Below, in pieces: positions 20,811-30,916 of a DNA stretch of 64,000 nt (position 1 is its first letter; each line of letters opens with the position of its first letter). Where the stretch lies: NCBI GenBank assembly GCA_040756235.1, contig JBFLZG010000111.1, forward strand, positions 35,508 to 99,507, written 5' to 3'. The position numbers were made by a program, and so were the translations under genes. A model generated the notes under the pieces. It saw only the letters and a list, made by a program, of their open reading frames with translations, did not search any database and was not told where the DNA came from. The stretch is from a bacterium. Lineage in GTDB: Bacteria > Desulfobacterota > DSWW01.

Positions 20811-21224
20811 GCCACGCCTCCTGTTCTCCGCGGTCGAACGGAACGCGCAACGGGCTTCGACCGTTCGAGCGACTGCCGCAGCGGAGAGCCTTACCGGAGC
20901 CATACGGACCCAGCGGGTTAGATTATTCCGCATCGGAACGGGATTCTTCGCTCTCGATAACCCCCTTCGGGCGCAGCAAATGCGGGCCCGAAGCCGCGTT
21001 GCCGGCCGGGAGGGGGCAGGAGTTGCTCGCCTTGCCCGCTCGGATATGCGCCGAGCGGGCCGTCCTACCTGCTCCTGCCACCCGGCGACCATGGAAGCCA
21101 TCCAAGAGAACGCAGCCGGCAATCCCGGCTCGAAGAAAAAGTTGCTGATCATGAAAACAGAAAAAGAGAACGTGGCGCTCGGCTTCCCGGAGCGTCATGA
21201 GAGAACCCGTCGAGGAGAAGCAGC

Positions 21225-22226
21225 ATGCAAACGGCACTCGAAACCTATGTGCGACTCCGGCGCCGGACCAGTTGCTCGGTGATCGAAGGGCTCTGCACGG
21301 GCCTTGCGAACGCGGGAAGGATCTATCCGGCGATACGGCTCGAAAAATACGGCGTCCGCGTCTCCCGTAACGTTCCTTATACCACCACGGGACGGACCTC
21401 GCACCTGTTGGACGTCTACCGCCCCCGGCACCGATCCGGACCTCTCCCCGTCTGCCTGTACGTCCACGGCGGCGGGTTCCGGATACTTTCCAAGGACACC
21501 CACTGGCTCATGGGTCTGATTTTTGCCCTGCAGGGCTACGTGGTCTTCAACATCAACTATCGGCTCGCTCCCCGGCACCCCTTCCCTGCCGCCCTGGAGG
21601 ATACCTGCGACGCGTTCGCCTGGGTCGCCAGGAATGCAGCGCGCTATGGCGGGGACCCCGAACGCATGGTGCTTGCCGGCGAGTCCGCGGGTGCGAACCT
21701 GATCACGGCCCTGACGGTCGCCCTCTGCTACGACCGGCCCGAGGATTTTGCGCGCAGAGCGCGCGCAGCCGGCGTGCTTCCGAGAGCGGTGGTTGCAGCC
21801 TGCGGGATCCTGCAGGTTTCTGACTGCGAGCGGTTCAGCAGACGGCATCGACTTCCCCCGTTCGTCCGGGACATGTTCCAGGAGATATCGGAATCCTACC
21901 TGCCTCCGGACCCGTACGCGGCTCCGCAGACGCGGGAGCTGGCGGATCCCCTGCTGGTGCTCGAAAGCGGACGCCGGCCGGACCGCAAGCTCCCGGTGTT
22001 CTTCGCCCCGGTCGGGGCGCGCGACGTCCTGTTGGACGACACGCGGCGGCTCCGGTCGGCCTTGAGAAAGCTGGGAGCCGTCTGTGAGGCGCCGATCTAC
22101 TCCGGGGAGCTCCATGCATTCCTGGCGTACGTCTGGCGCAAGAGCGCCAAGGTGTGCTGGAAGACGCTCTTCGATTTTCTCTCCGGGCATCTGCACGAGC
22201 TCAAGCAAGCGGTATCCGCCGCGTAA
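21225..22226 (+). CDS. alpha/beta hydrolase, HSL-family esterase
   Basis: HGGG, YRLAP, GESAG, ELHAF. Confidence 0.9.
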   Translation: MQTALETYVRLRRRTSCSVIEGLCTGLANAGRIYPAIRLEKYGVRVSRNVPYTTTGRTSHLLDVYRPRHRSGPLPVCLYVHGGGFRILSKDTHWLMGLIFALQGYVVFNINYRLAPRHPFPAALEDTCDAFAWVARNAARYGGDPERMVLAGESAGANLITALTVALCYDRPEDFARRARAAGVLPRAVVAACGILQVSDCERFSRRHRLPPFVRDMFQEISESYLPPDPYAAPQTRELADPLLVLESGRRPDRKLPVFFAPVGARDVLLDDTRRLRSALRKLGAVCEAPIYSGELHAFLAYVWRKSAKVCWKTLFDFLSGHLHELKQAVSAA

Positions 22227-22290
22227 ACCGCCACGCCCGGCCCGATGCGTCCTGCAGCATCCGAGAGCATCTAACGGATGCAAAGGGGAG

Positions 22291-22433
22291 TTGTCAGTTC
22301 TCAGTTTTCAGTTGTCAGGCCTTCTTCCCCCCGCCCAGAAGACCGAAAGGAAATGGCGGCTGTGGGCATCAGTGTGGCAGAAGCCGTCTATGCCTTCTTG
22401 CTGACAATCGGCGACTGAAGACTGGCGACTGAG
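22291..22433. repeat. inverted pair of heptamer arrays (TTxTCAG x4 ... CTGxxGA x4)
   Basis: TTGTCAG TTCTCAG TTTTCAG TTGTCAG at 22291-22318; CTGACAA TCGGCGA CTGAAGA CTGGCGA at 22401-22428. Confidence 0.7.
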
Positions 22434-22444
22434 TCGAGGTCGTC

Positions 22445-23959
22445 ATGGCACACGAGCCCGGCATGAAGACGGACGTGGTCATCCTGGGTGGTGGCCTGGC
22501 CGGGCTCTCGGCTGCGGTGGGCATCAGCGACAGCGGCCTGCGCGTGGTCCTGCTCGAGAGAGACGTCCGCCTGGGCGGCCGAGCGCGAAGCTGGGTAGAG
22601 CCGCAGACCCGGGATCCGATCCCCATCGGCCCCCACGTCTTCGTCTCCGAGTATCCGAACATGATGGCCCTGCTCCGGATGCTCGGAACCGAAGACCGGA
22701 TTGTCTGGCAGCGCTCTCCATTTATCGTCATCGTTCGAGGCAGCCACGAGACCGTGGTTCCGGTCAGCAGCGGGCTCCCCCCTCCCTTGCACCTGCTTTC
22801 CATGGGCCAAGGCGCGCAAAGGGTCCCCCCGCGGCACCTTCTCACCAATCTCCAGCTCATGCTCCTCTCGCTGACGGTCACCGAGGACGACATCCTGGGA
22901 TTGGACACCCTCAACGCGCTGGGGCTCCTGCGCAGCCTGCGGGCAGACGAGCTTTCCATCCGGCTATGGTCTTTTACCTCCATGGCGCTGCTGAACGTGC
23001 CGCTCGCCCTTTGCTCCGCCGGCGCTCTGATCCGGTTGTGCCGCCGCATGTTCGGCCGCCGCGGGTACCATTTCGGGTTTCCTGACGGCGGGCTCGGCGA
23101 CCTCTTTGCCCCGCAGGCCCAGGCGCGAATCGAAAGGAACGGGGGCCAGGTTCTCCTCAACACGGAAGCCACGGGGTTCACCTTGCACGACGGACAGGTC
23201 TCCGGGGTGGAACTGGCGGACGGCCGGCAAGTGGAGGCCCGCTTCTGCGTCTCGGCCCTGCCCCCCGCCGCCCTGCGCCGGATGGCGCGGCCCGAGTGGA
23301 TCGAACGTCACCGCCCCTTCCATGACCTCGTACACTTTCAGCCCTCGCCCTACGTCAGCACCTACCTCTGGTTCGACCGCAAGCTCACCCGCCGGACTTT
23401 CTGGGCCCGCTCCTACGACCCCAACGATCTCAACTGCGATTTCTACGACCTGTCGAACATCAACCGCGGCTGGGCGGATCGGACTTCGGTGATCGCCACG
23501 AACTGCATTTACGCCGAACGTACGCGCCATCTGAACGACCGCGAGATCGTGGAGACCACGATCAAGGAGCTGTCCGAGTACCTCCCGGAGACCGGTCGGG
23601 CCGGGCTCGAGCACGCCGTGGTTAATCGCATCCCCATGGCCATCCCGTGCCCTCATCCCGGCACCGAGCAGCGGCGCCCTGCGGTCCGATCCGGGATCGG
23701 GCGGCTGTTTCTCTCGGGCGACTGGCTGCGGACGCACCTGCCCTGCTGCATGGAAAGCGCCTGCAAGGCAGGCTGGATGGCAGCCGAGGCGGTGCTCGAG
23801 GAGGCGGGTCGGCCGCGCCGGCTGGCACGGGAGCATGAGGAGATCGAAGGTCTGTCCGGCCTGATCTATCAGACGGCGCGCCGGCTGCCGTGGCGGCACC
23901 GCGTCTGGCCGCAGCCGATCGTCCGGAGGCTCTTGCGGCAGCCGACAAATCGCCTCTGA
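22445..23959 (+). CDS. FAD-dependent oxidoreductase, HpnE/CrtU-like (amine oxidase superfamily)
   Basis: GGGLAGL, LGGRARSW, GPHVF, LSGDW, MESA. Confidence 0.8.
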   Translation: MAHEPGMKTDVVILGGGLAGLSAAVGISDSGLRVVLLERDVRLGGRARSWVEPQTRDPIPIGPHVFVSEYPNMMALLRMLGTEDRIVWQRSPFIVIVRGSHETVVPVSSGLPPPLHLLSMGQGAQRVPPRHLLTNLQLMLLSLTVTEDDILGLDTLNALGLLRSLRADELSIRLWSFTSMALLNVPLALCSAGALIRLCRRMFGRRGYHFGFPDGGLGDLFAPQAQARIERNGGQVLLNTEATGFTLHDGQVSGVELADGRQVEARFCVSALPPAALRRMARPEWIERHRPFHDLVHFQPSPYVSTYLWFDRKLTRRTFWARSYDPNDLNCDFYDLSNINRGWADRTSVIATNCIYAERTRHLNDREIVETTIKELSEYLPETGRAGLEHAVVNRIPMAIPCPHPGTEQRRPAVRSGIGRLFLSGDWLRTHLPCCMESACKAGWMAAEAVLEEAGRPRRLAREHEEIEGLSGLIYQTARRLPWRHRVWPQPIVRRLLRQPTNRL

Positions 23960-24224
23960 CCCCGACCTCGTTTTTCAGAGGGCGTCGATTTCCTCTCCTT
24001 CTCCCCTGTCAAGGGGAGAAGGTCGGGATGAGGGGTGAGTCTGCTCCTGTTCCCCCTCACCCTGTCCCTCTCCCCCGTGCACGGGGGAGAGGGGATTGTT
24101 TTCCGGCAGCCTCTTTCAAGCGGGAAAGGACCTTGCATCCTGAGTGACGGCAGGCGCATCCGAAGGGAAGCCTTCGGGCAGCGGCCGGCCCCCGCACACG
24201 TGCGCAGGCGAAAGGAGCGCAATC

Positions 24225-24390
24225 ATGGGCAAGAGGGGAAAGAGCTTTCCGGCCCAGCACCAGGGGCAACAACCGGGCGAACAGGCTCGCATGGAGCCCG
24301 AGCTGCTACGTATTCCTCGCCTGCGACGACTCCTCGTACATGTCCGGCCAGGTCCTGCACCCCAACGGAGGGAGAATCGTGAACGGATGA
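24225..24390 (+). pseudogene. internally deleted SDR oxidoreductase (YdaD/YghA-like)
   Basis: RBS AAGGAG; N-term MGKRGKSFPAQHQGQQPGEQARMEPE joined out of frame to C-term PSCYVFLACDDSSYMSGQVLHPNGGRIVNG*. Confidence 0.8.
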
Positions 24391-24409
24391 AACGGACAGG
24401 AGAGACGAC

Positions 24410-24919
24410 ATGAGCAAGATCGCCGCGGTGATCGCGGATGACTTCGAGGATGCGGAGTACACGAAGCCCGCGGAGGCGTTCCGCAACGCAGGCCACGAGC
24501 TGGTCACCATTGGGTTCAAGCAGGGGGAGGTGGTCAAGGGCAAGGCCGAAAGGACCCCGGTCAAGATCGACCGCAGCTTCCACGACGCCGATCCGCGCGA
24601 GTTCGACGCCTTGCTGATTCCGGGCGGCTATTCGCCGGACCGGCTCCGGGTGAACGAAGACGCGGTCCGCTTCGTGCGCGCGTTCATGGAGAGCGGCAAG
24701 CCGGTGTTCGCCATCTGCCACGCGCCGCAGATCCTGATCACCGCCCAGGTGATCCGCGGCCGCAAGGTGACCGGCTGGAAGTCGATCGTCCAGGACATCA
24801 AGAACGCCGGCGCGGAATTCCTTGACGAGGAAGTCGTCGAGGACGGGAACCTGGTGTCCAGCCGGGGCCCGCAGGACCTACCGGCCTTCATCCGAGCTTC
24901 CCTGAAGAAGCTGACATAG
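24410..24919 (+). CDS. PfpI/DJ-1 family protein (YhbO-like)
   Basis: FEDAE, IPGGYSPDRLR, AICHAP, SSRGPQDL. Confidence 0.92.
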   Translation: MSKIAAVIADDFEDAEYTKPAEAFRNAGHELVTIGFKQGEVVKGKAERTPVKIDRSFHDADPREFDALLIPGGYSPDRLRVNEDAVRFVRAFMESGKPVFAICHAPQILITAQVIRGRKVTGWKSIVQDIKNAGAEFLDEEVVEDGNLVSSRGPQDLPAFIRASLKKLT

Positions 24920-25192
24920 TCTCGTTCGTCATCCCCGGCCAAGGCCGCGCAGCGGCCGCGAGCCGCCGTCCCGAGCGCAGCGAAGGGACCTCCCGAAGCA
25001 GCGAGGATTCCCGCCTTCTCCGGAAAGACGGAAGAGACACGGGCACGTCATCCCGGCCCAGCTGCGGAGCGCGTGTGAGCCGGGATCCAGGAGTCTGCCC
25101 CGAGGAGGAAGGAATGTAATCACCCGGTGCAGGGACTGGACCCCGGCCTCCGCCGGGGTGACGGAAAGAGCTCTCCTGCGGAAACCTCCCGC

Positions 25193-25515
25193 CTACATCG
25201 CGGGCACCAGCTCCACCTTCATCCACCCCGGCTGCCTCTGATCGAAGGCCTCGTAGGCCTCGACGGCCGACGAGATCGGCTCGATGTTGCAGGATGCTGG
25301 CCGGATCCACCACGCCGGCTTCGACCAGTTCCAGGAGATGGGGGATGTACTTCCGGTGGTGGCAGTTCCCCATCTGGATCGTCAGGTTCTTGTTCATCGC
25401 CTGATCGTCGCTCACCTCCTCCGGAAGCTTCAGGAGCCCGACGTTCGCGAACGGGACTCTCGCCTTTTCCGCCTGAAGCCCGTGAAAGGGCCCGGTCATC
25501 TTCGGCCCAGCTTGA
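25193..25515 (-). pseudogene. remnant of a Zn-dependent (formaldehyde/alcohol) dehydrogenase
   Basis: GPFHGLQAEKARVPFANVGL...SDDQA|MNKNLTIQMGNCHHRKYIP..., then a frameshift to EAYEAFDQRQPGWMKVEL. Confidence 0.8.
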
Positions 25516-25628
25516 GAGAGCCCTCTGTGGGGTCGTAGAAGCGGGGCTGCAACCCAAGGAAGCTCACCTGGGGATAACGAGGCCGTCATGCCGGGCAGGG
25601 GCAAGGTTTGAAACCTGCCCCTGCTATG

Positions 25629-28289
25629 TCACAGGCCGAGCGTCTTCCTGGCGCGCGCCGTGATCGCCTGGCGGACCGAAAAGAAACCCTCCCACGGGTC
25701 CTTGCGCGCAGCGGAAAGCTTCTCCGGAAGGTTGTTCACCGTGCGGCCGGCCGCACCGCCTTCGCCCTCGAGCTCCTCCCAGGCGAGCGGAGTCGAGACC
25801 GGGGCGCCCGGCCGGGCCCGGGTGGAGTAAGGCGCGACGGAGGTGGCGCCCCGGCTGTTGCGAAGGTAATCCACGAAGATCCGGCCTTTTCGACTCTGTT
25901 TGCTCATGACGGCGACGAACCGGCCGGGGCTTTCCCGAACCATTCCCTCGGCGACGGCACGGGCGAAGGCTTTCGCCTCCTCCCAGCCCGCACGGGGTGA
26001 GAGCGGAACGACCACGTGGATCCCCTTGCCGCCGGTAATCTTTGCGAACGATGCGAGTCCGAGCTTCCCGAGGCGCTCGCGAACTTCCCAGGCGGCGCGA
26101 ACGACCTCCTGCCAGGGGACCGCAGGGTCCGGGTCCAGGTCGAAAACCAGGCGGTCCGGCTGCTCGAGGCGATCTTCCCGGCTCCCCCAGGGATGGATCT
26201 CGAGCACCCCGAGCTGGACGAGCGAAATCAGGCCGCTCAGATCGTCGAGCACGATGTAGGTCTCGACCTTGTCTTTCTCGCGGATCGGAACGCCCCGCAG
26301 AGCCTCGGGCAGTGTCTCGTCCAGGTGCTTCTGATAGAAGCACTTCTTCTGCCGCCCCTGAGGACATCGCACCAGAGTGAGGGGCCGGCCCCGGATGTGG
26401 GGCAGGATCCGTTGCGAAACGGCTTCGTAGTAAGCGGCGAGGTCGGACTTCGTGATCCCCTGCTCGGGGTAGAGGATGCGGTCCGGATTCGTGAGCTTCA
26501 CGCCGGCGACCGCGTCGCGAGCCGTCGCAGCGGGCGCGCCGGCGCCAGGGCCCGAAACGCTCCCCGGTGAGGCGACCGCCTCGCGCACGACCTCCGACGG
26601 GTCCTTGTCCTCCCTCAGCCCCTTGAAGGACGGATGCCGCAGGACGCCGTCTTCTGTCCACTCCGTAAAAGCGACTTCAGCGACCAGGACAGGCTCGGCC
26701 CAGTGGACGCCCCGGGCGTCCCGCCCGCGAGGGGGGTTGGCGAAGGGCGGCTTCTCCGTCTCGACCCCTTTCAACCTTCGAGCGAGCTGCCGCAGAAGCG
26801 CGTCGTCGAAGCCTGTGCCCACGCGGCCTGCATACACCAGCCCCCGGTCGCGGTCGTGATAGCCTACCAGCAGGGCACCGAAGCCCGGGCGGGATCCCGA
26901 CGGGTCGGTGTAGCCCCCGATCACGAGCTCCTGGCGCTGCAGGCACTTCACCTTGAGCCAGCTGCGGGTGCGCTTCTGCTCGTAGAAGCTGTCCGCCCGC
27001 TTGGACACGACCCCCTCGACCGCGTAACGGCAGGCATGCTCGAAAAAGGTCGGCCCCTTCCCCTGGACGTGGCCCCCGTACCAGAGGCTGGAGGAGTCCG
27101 GGTCCGGATGACCGAGGACTCCTCTCAGGAGCTCCTTGCGAGCGGTGAGCGGTGTGCGGGTCAGGTCATAACCCCCGCAGTGGGGGAGGTCGAAGACGTA
27201 GTAGACGATCTTTCCGCTGCGGACGCCCTTGAGCGCGTTCTGCAGGGCCTGGAAGTTCGTGGTGCCGTCCGGGTTCAGCACGACGATCTCTCCATCCAGG
27301 ATCGCGTCCCGGAACGGGAGCCTGGCCGCGTCCTCGGCAATGGCGGGGAAGCGGCCGGTCCAGTCGATTCCGTTGCGGCTGACGAGCTCGGGCTTGCCGG
27401 CGCGGAGGAAGCACAGGATGCGGTAACCGTCGTACTTGATCTCGTGCACCCAGTCCTCCCCCTGCGGCACGGATTGGACCAGGGTTGCAAGCTGAGGCCG
27501 GAACGTCTCGGGCTGCCGGGCCTTGCGCGCGCCGGGAAGGCGGGAGGGATCGGCGAGGCGAGGTTCCGCTCCCCTTTCGACAGCGTGCCGGACAGCTCCG
27601 GGCCGGACCGGAGGGGACGGGGTCGGTCGAGGGGGCGGGCCGGAAGTCATGCCCTTCGTCGCCGAGGCTTCCGGGAGCTCTGACTGATTGGCCGAGTGCC
27701 AGACCTTGTCCGCAGCCCTTGCGATCTCTTCCATGGTCCGGCCGGTGGCGGCGCTGAGATCCGACGGGGCGGATCGTTTGCCTTTGGCCTGTCCCTGGCC
27801 CGGACCCGCGCCGTCCTCCCCGGTCTTGATGAGCAACCAGTTCTTGCCTCCCTCGCTGGCCTCGCCGTGCATCTGCACGAGGGTCCACTTCCCCTTCAGC
27901 TTTTCCCCGTGGAGCCGGAAGCTCAGTCTTCCTTTGCGGTAGCTCTTCTCCGGATCGCCTTCCGGCTCCCAGCGCCCCCGGTCCCACACCATGACCGTTC
28001 CGCCGCCGTACTCCCCTTTCGGGATCACGCCTTCGAAATCGCCGTACTCGACCGGATGGTCTTCCACGTGCACGGCGAGCCGTTTCTCCCCCTTCCGCAG
28101 CGCGGGCCCTTTGGGGACCGCCCAGCTCTTCAGGACCCCGCCCATTTCCAGACGGAAGTCGTAGTGCAGCCGCCTCGCAGCGTGCTTCTGGATCACGTAG
28201 AGGCCGAGGGACTGCCCGGCCTCGACATCGCCCGACGGCTCGGGGGTACGGCGAAAGTCACGTTTCCGTCGATAGGATTCGAGTCCCAT
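25629..28289 (-). CDS. ligD: NHEJ DNA ligase D (phosphoesterase-ligase-polymerase)
   Basis: QKHAARRLHYDFRLE, EIKYDGYR, EGVVSK, WLKVK, FDLDP, DYLRN. Confidence 0.95.
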   Translation of the reverse strand: MGLESYRRKRDFRRTPEPSGDVEAGQSLGLYVIQKHAARRLHYDFRLEMGGVLKSWAVPKGPALRKGEKRLAVHVEDHPVEYGDFEGVIPKGEYGGGTVMVWDRGRWEPEGDPEKSYRKGRLSFRLHGEKLKGKWTLVQMHGEASEGGKNWLLIKTGEDGAGPGQGQAKGKRSAPSDLSAATGRTMEEIARAADKVWHSANQSELPEASATKGMTSGPPPRPTPSPPVRPGAVRHAVERGAEPRLADPSRLPGARKARQPETFRPQLATLVQSVPQGEDWVHEIKYDGYRILCFLRAGKPELVSRNGIDWTGRFPAIAEDAARLPFRDAILDGEIVVLNPDGTTNFQALQNALKGVRSGKIVYYVFDLPHCGGYDLTRTPLTARKELLRGVLGHPDPDSSSLWYGGHVQGKGPTFFEHACRYAVEGVVSKRADSFYEQKRTRSWLKVKCLQRQELVIGGYTDPSGSRPGFGALLVGYHDRDRGLVYAGRVGTGFDDALLRQLARRLKGVETEKPPFANPPRGRDARGVHWAEPVLVAEVAFTEWTEDGVLRHPSFKGLREDKDPSEVVREAVASPGSVSGPGAGAPAATARDAVAGVKLTNPDRILYPEQGITKSDLAAYYEAVSQRILPHIRGRPLTLVRCPQGRQKKCFYQKHLDETLPEALRGVPIREKDKVETYIVLDDLSGLISLVQLGVLEIHPWGSREDRLEQPDRLVFDLDPDPAVPWQEVVRAAWEVRERLGKLGLASFAKITGGKGIHVVVPLSPRAGWEEAKAFARAVAEGMVRESPGRFVAVMSKQSRKGRIFVDYLRNSRGATSVAPYSTRARPGAPVSTPLAWEELEGEGGAAGRTVNNLPEKLSAARKDPWEGFFSVRQAITARARKTLGL

Positions 28290-28469
28290 ATGAGCTTCCT
28301 CCGGCCCGGAGCAGATTTCAGCCACCCTTTGGATGGGGCTCGGCAACACGAGGTCACGTGCGGCGCTTTGCGGGGGAGGTGGCGGCGACGAAGCCCAATG
28401 CGATTCAGTAACCACATATGCAAAACAATAATCATTTAGAATTGCTTAATCCGAGAAAGTCAAATACAA

Positions 28470-28510
28470 TGCGCATACTTTGAACAGTTAAGTGCGCATA
28501 TCTTGAACAG
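28470..28510 (+). promoter_or_regulatory. 18-bp direct repeat, putative operator
   Basis: TGCGCATACTTTGAACAG (28470) and TGCGCATATCTTGAACAG (28493) in the AT-rich ligD/nuoE divergent spacer. Confidence 0.5.
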
Positions 28511-28577
28511 CGCGTAACTCAGCAAGGGGCAGGGTGCAAAGAGGGACGGCGGGCCCCGCTTCGTACGGAGGCAAACC

Positions 28578-29057
28578 ATGCGCAACGACGGTTTCCAGCA
28601 GATCCTCGCAGGAAGGGAAGGCAAGCCGCACCTGCTCATCGAAGTCCTCCAGGACCTCCAGGAGGCCCACGGCTATATCTCCAAGGAAGCCATGGGCATC
28701 CTGGCCGAGAAGATGGAGGTCCCGCTCATCGAGATCTACCGGGTGGCGAACTTCTACAAGGCCTTCTCCCTGGTGCCGCGGGGAGAGCACGTGGTGACGG
28801 TTTGCTCGGGTACGGCCTGCCACGTGCGGAGCTCGCCCCTGCTGCTCGCTGAGGCGGTGAGCCAGCTCGGCATCGAGCCGGGCAAGACCACGGAGGACGG
28901 CCTCTTCACCCTGGAGTGCGTCAACTGCCTCGGCGCCTGCGCGATCGGGCCGGTCGTGGTGTTCGACGGCGTCTATCACCCGCAGATGACCCCCGGCAAG
29001 CTGCGCAGATTGATCGCCGCCGCTCGCAAGATGCGGAAGGAGGTGGCCCATGCCTAA
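28578..29057 (+). CDS. NuoE/HoxE/HydC-like 2Fe-2S subunit
   Basis: CSGTACHV...CLGAC. Confidence 0.92.
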   Translation: MRNDGFQQILAGREGKPHLLIEVLQDLQEAHGYISKEAMGILAEKMEVPLIEIYRVANFYKAFSLVPRGEHVVTVCSGTACHVRSSPLLLAEAVSQLGIEPGKTTEDGLFTLECVNCLGACAIGPVVVFDGVYHPQMTPGKLRRLIAAARKMRKEVAHA

Positions 29058-30903
29058 GCTGGAGAGCCGGCAGGACCTCATTCGCCTGCGGGAGCAGATC
29101 GCCGCCGGACGCCTGCGGTTCCTCAAGACGATCGTCCTTTGCGGCGGCACCGGATGCCAGGCCTCCAGCTCCCTGGCCGTCATCGAGGCGATGAGAAAAG
29201 AATTGGCGCGTCAGGGGCTTGCGGACTCGGTGTGCCTTCGCACCACCGGGTGCCAGGGGTTCTGCGAGCAGGGGCCGGTCATGGTGATCGAGCCGGGCAA
29301 TCTCCTCTACTGCAGGGTCGCGCCCGAGGACGCCGCCGAGATCGTCTCGCGGACGGTGCGCGCGGGCGAGGTCATCCATCGCCTCCTCTACACCGACCCC
29401 GTCCGGGGCGAGAAGGTCCTGACCGAGTCCGACGTCCCGTTCTACAGGGCGCAGACGCGCGTGCTCCTGTCGCAGAACCGGCAGGTGGACCCGTGCTCCA
29501 TCGAGGACTACATCGCCGTGGGCGGCTACACGGCCCTGGCCAAGGTGCTCTCGGTCATGGATCCCGAAGCGGTGATCCGGGAGATCAAGGACTCGGGCCT
29601 GCGCGGCCGCGGGGGCGGGGGGTTTCCCACGGGCAGGAAGTGGGAGGAGTGCCGCGCGGCCCAAGGCACGATCAAGTACGTCATCTGCAACGCCGACGAA
29701 GGGGACCCGGGCGCCTACATGGACCGCTGCCTGCTCGAGGGCAACCCGCACTCGGTGCTGGAGGGCATGCTCATCGGCGCCTTCGCGATCGGCGCCGGGC
29801 ACGGCTACATCTACGTGCGCAAGGAGTACCCGCTTGCGGTCGAGCACTCGCGGATCGCCGTGGCCCAGGCCAGGGAGCTGGGCCTGCTCGGCCGCGACAT
29901 CCTCGGGAGCGGCTTTTCCTTCGACGTGGAGGTCGCGCGCGGCGGAGGCGCCTTCGTGTGCGGAGAGTCGACCGCGCTCATGTCGTCCCTGGAAGGCAAG
30001 GTCGGCGAGCCCAGGGCCAAGGACGTGCACACGATCGAGCAGGGACTCTGGAGCCGGCCTTCGAACCTCAACAACGTCGAGACGTGGGCCAACGTGCCGC
30101 ACATCCTTCTGAAAGGATCCTCGTGGTTTGCAGCCACGGGCACCGAAGGCAGCAAGGGCACCAAGATCTTCGCGCTGACCGGATGTGTCAAGAACACCGG
30201 GCTGGTCGAGGTGCCGATGGGCACCTCCCTGCGCACGATCGTGGAAAAGATCGGCGGCGGCGTCCGCAACGGCAAGGGGCTCAAGGCCGTGCAGACCGGC
30301 GGCCCTTCCGGGGGATGCCTGCCGGTCGACAAGCTCGACCTCGCGGTGGACTACGAAACCCTTTCCCGCGCCGGCTCCATGGTCGGATCGGGCGGCATGG
30401 TGGTCATGGACGGCGGGACCTGCATGGTGGACGTGGCCAAGTACTTCCTCAAGTTCCTCCAGGACGAGTCCTGCGGCAAGTGCGTCCCCTGCAGGCTCGG
30501 AATCGACCGGATGCTGGAGATCGTGACCGGCATCACCGAGGGCCGGGGCGGACCGGAGCAGCTGGACCTGCTGGAAGAGCTGGGCGAGACGGTAGCTGCG
30601 ACTTCGCTGTGCGGGCTCGGCAAGACGGCCCCCAACCCCGTCCTGTCCACCCTGAGGTACTTCAGGGGCGAGTACGAGACCCATATCCGGGAGCACAAGT
30701 GCCCTGCCGGGGTCTGTCGCGACCTGATCGAGTACTCGATCGATGCGGACAAGTGCACCGGCTGCGGGCTCTGCCTGCGGGCCTGCCCCCGGAAGGCCAT
30801 CCGCGGGGAGAAGAAGGAGCCCCATACGATCGACCCTGAAGCCTGTATCCGATGCGGCATATGCCGGAGCGAGTGCAAGTTCGACTCCGTCGTGGTCCAG
30901 TGA
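29050..30903 (+). CDS. NuoF/HoxF/HydB-like NADH-binding FMN/Fe-S subunit
   Basis: GRGGGGFPTG, NADEGDPGAYMDR, GGPSGG, SCGKCVPCR, N-terminal 2Fe-2S, C-terminal 2x4Fe-4S. Confidence 0.93.
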   Translation: MPKLESRQDLIRLREQIAAGRLRFLKTIVLCGGTGCQASSSLAVIEAMRKELARQGLADSVCLRTTGCQGFCEQGPVMVIEPGNLLYCRVAPEDAAEIVSRTVRAGEVIHRLLYTDPVRGEKVLTESDVPFYRAQTRVLLSQNRQVDPCSIEDYIAVGGYTALAKVLSVMDPEAVIREIKDSGLRGRGGGGFPTGRKWEECRAAQGTIKYVICNADEGDPGAYMDRCLLEGNPHSVLEGMLIGAFAIGAGHGYIYVRKEYPLAVEHSRIAVAQARELGLLGRDILGSGFSFDVEVARGGGAFVCGESTALMSSLEGKVGEPRAKDVHTIEQGLWSRPSNLNNVETWANVPHILLKGSSWFAATGTEGSKGTKIFALTGCVKNTGLVEVPMGTSLRTIVEKIGGGVRNGKGLKAVQTGGPSGGCLPVDKLDLAVDYETLSRAGSMVGSGGMVVMDGGTCMVDVAKYFLKFLQDESCGKCVPCRLGIDRMLEIVTGITEGRGGPEQLDLLEELGETVAATSLCGLGKTAPNPVLSTLRYFRGEYETHIREHKCPAGVCRDLIEYSIDADKCTGCGLCLRACPRKAIRGEKKEPHTIDPEACIRCGICRSECKFDSVVVQ

Positions 30904-30916
30904 GGAGGCAAGTACG

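Noticed and set aside
28515..28550. ANTAR hairpins upstream of the nuoE-like gene (AAGGGG, AAAGAG); also AAGGGT in the glnA leader
   Set aside because: Closing stems are mismatched or absent and no terminator follows.
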